A DNA stretch of 64,000 nucleotides, taken from positions 1,543 through 65,542 of the forward strand of contig CBDCUE010000006.1 of assembly GCA_965222515.1 (NCBI GenBank), in the 5' to 3' direction. A program made the translations under genes and the position numbers. Of the stretch, positions 63,596-64,000 are shown piece after piece. The notes under the pieces were generated by a model. That model ran no database searches and was not told where the DNA came from. It saw nothing but the letters and a program-made list of their open reading frames with translations. The DNA is from Rickettsiales bacterium. Its GTDB lineage: Bacteria; Pseudomonadota; Alphaproteobacteria; Rickettsiales; JABIRX01. How positions within the stretch are numbered: the stretch's first letter is position 1; every line of letters starts with the position of its first letter.

Positions 63596-64000
63596 GGGAG
63601 TCCATAAAAATAAAAATCTAAATGAGTATCAAAACTTACCTTTTGTTTTGTTCCGCAATATTTTTCATCTCCTTCTTTAGGAAAACTTTTATCAAAATAA
63701 GCAATCACATCTTCTGTTTTTGTTTTTTCATCAAATTTTACATAGTCTTTTGTATTTTCACGATAATCCTTTGGTAATTCATCCATTAAAGCTTCTCTGC
63801 TTGTGTATCCTTTTCCCTTAAACCTCAATAACCCCTTCCTCATATAATATTCTATTAATTCCAAAAATATCTGCTTCTTTTCGCTTAGAGGGAGGTTTAA
63901 AGTTTTTGCTGGATATATTGTATTATCCCATATATCTATTGGTTTTACAAATGGATACTCCATATCATCCTCAAGATTTTTTAAATCATATTGATCTAAA
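63421..64000 (-). CDS. Second DUF596-like putative immunity protein (5' end outside window)
   Basis: Frame is open to the window edge (LDQYDLKNLEDDMEY aligns with LEEYEVDKLEDIMKE of 44895-45551); shares FLELIEYYMRKGLLRF and a near-identical C-terminus. Confidence 0.65.
   Translation of the reverse strand, partial: LDQYDLKNLEDDMEYPFVKPIDIWDNTIYPAKTLNLPLSEKKQIFLELIEYYMRKGLLRFKGKGYTSREALMDELPKDYRENTKDYVKFDEKTKTEDVIAYFDKSFPKEGDEKYCGTKQKVSFDTHLDFYFYGLPPSAYWYYDGEEDEEDMEDMSKKEIEEYKKSCKALKGDWYNCDTGDGLKDPSKNIYKG

Noticed and set aside
1-64000. tRNA or rRNA genes
   Set aside because: No cloverleaf or rRNA-like GC-rich stretch recognised by eye; tRNAscan-SE would settle it.

Overview
AT-rich alphaproteobacterial chromosome, probably Rickettsiales-like (ALAS-type hemA, alpha-type SspB, FzlA, AddB; inference). 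Bases 1-42,100 are mostly housekeeping: rplA-rplJ-rplL-rpoB-rpoC, purD, prmC, hemA, dnaG, mlaA/C, pheS, dapB, icd, folD, recA, plsY, lolA, nrdAB, tdh and wzm/wzt. This part also holds two type II restriction-modification loci, one a decaying CcrM/HpyAIV-like GANTC system, and two apparent single-base frameshifts (mlaC, nrdA). Bases 42,100-64,000 are an IS-riddled putative polymorphic-toxin island on the minus strand. Its main feature is a ~14-kb head-to-tail array of 15 copies of an ~843-bp unit. Each complete unit has a 166-bp spacer bounded by TATGGGTAA direct repeats, a hidden ~59-codon toxin-like C-terminal tail ORF, and a ~165-aa putative immunity gene. Both coding parts are shuffled combinations of a few mostly two-state, non-synonymous patches: 11 distinct proteins among 13 intact genes and 13 distinct tails among 14. 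Next to the array are a signal-peptide-bearing toxin-like gene with a DUF596-like immunity partner, two identical IS3-truncated 5' stubs of a paralogous toxin gene, and a second mosaic DUF596-like gene. A 158-bp MITE with TTA target duplications occurs twice in the window. Family names come from motif recognition only; no database search was run.
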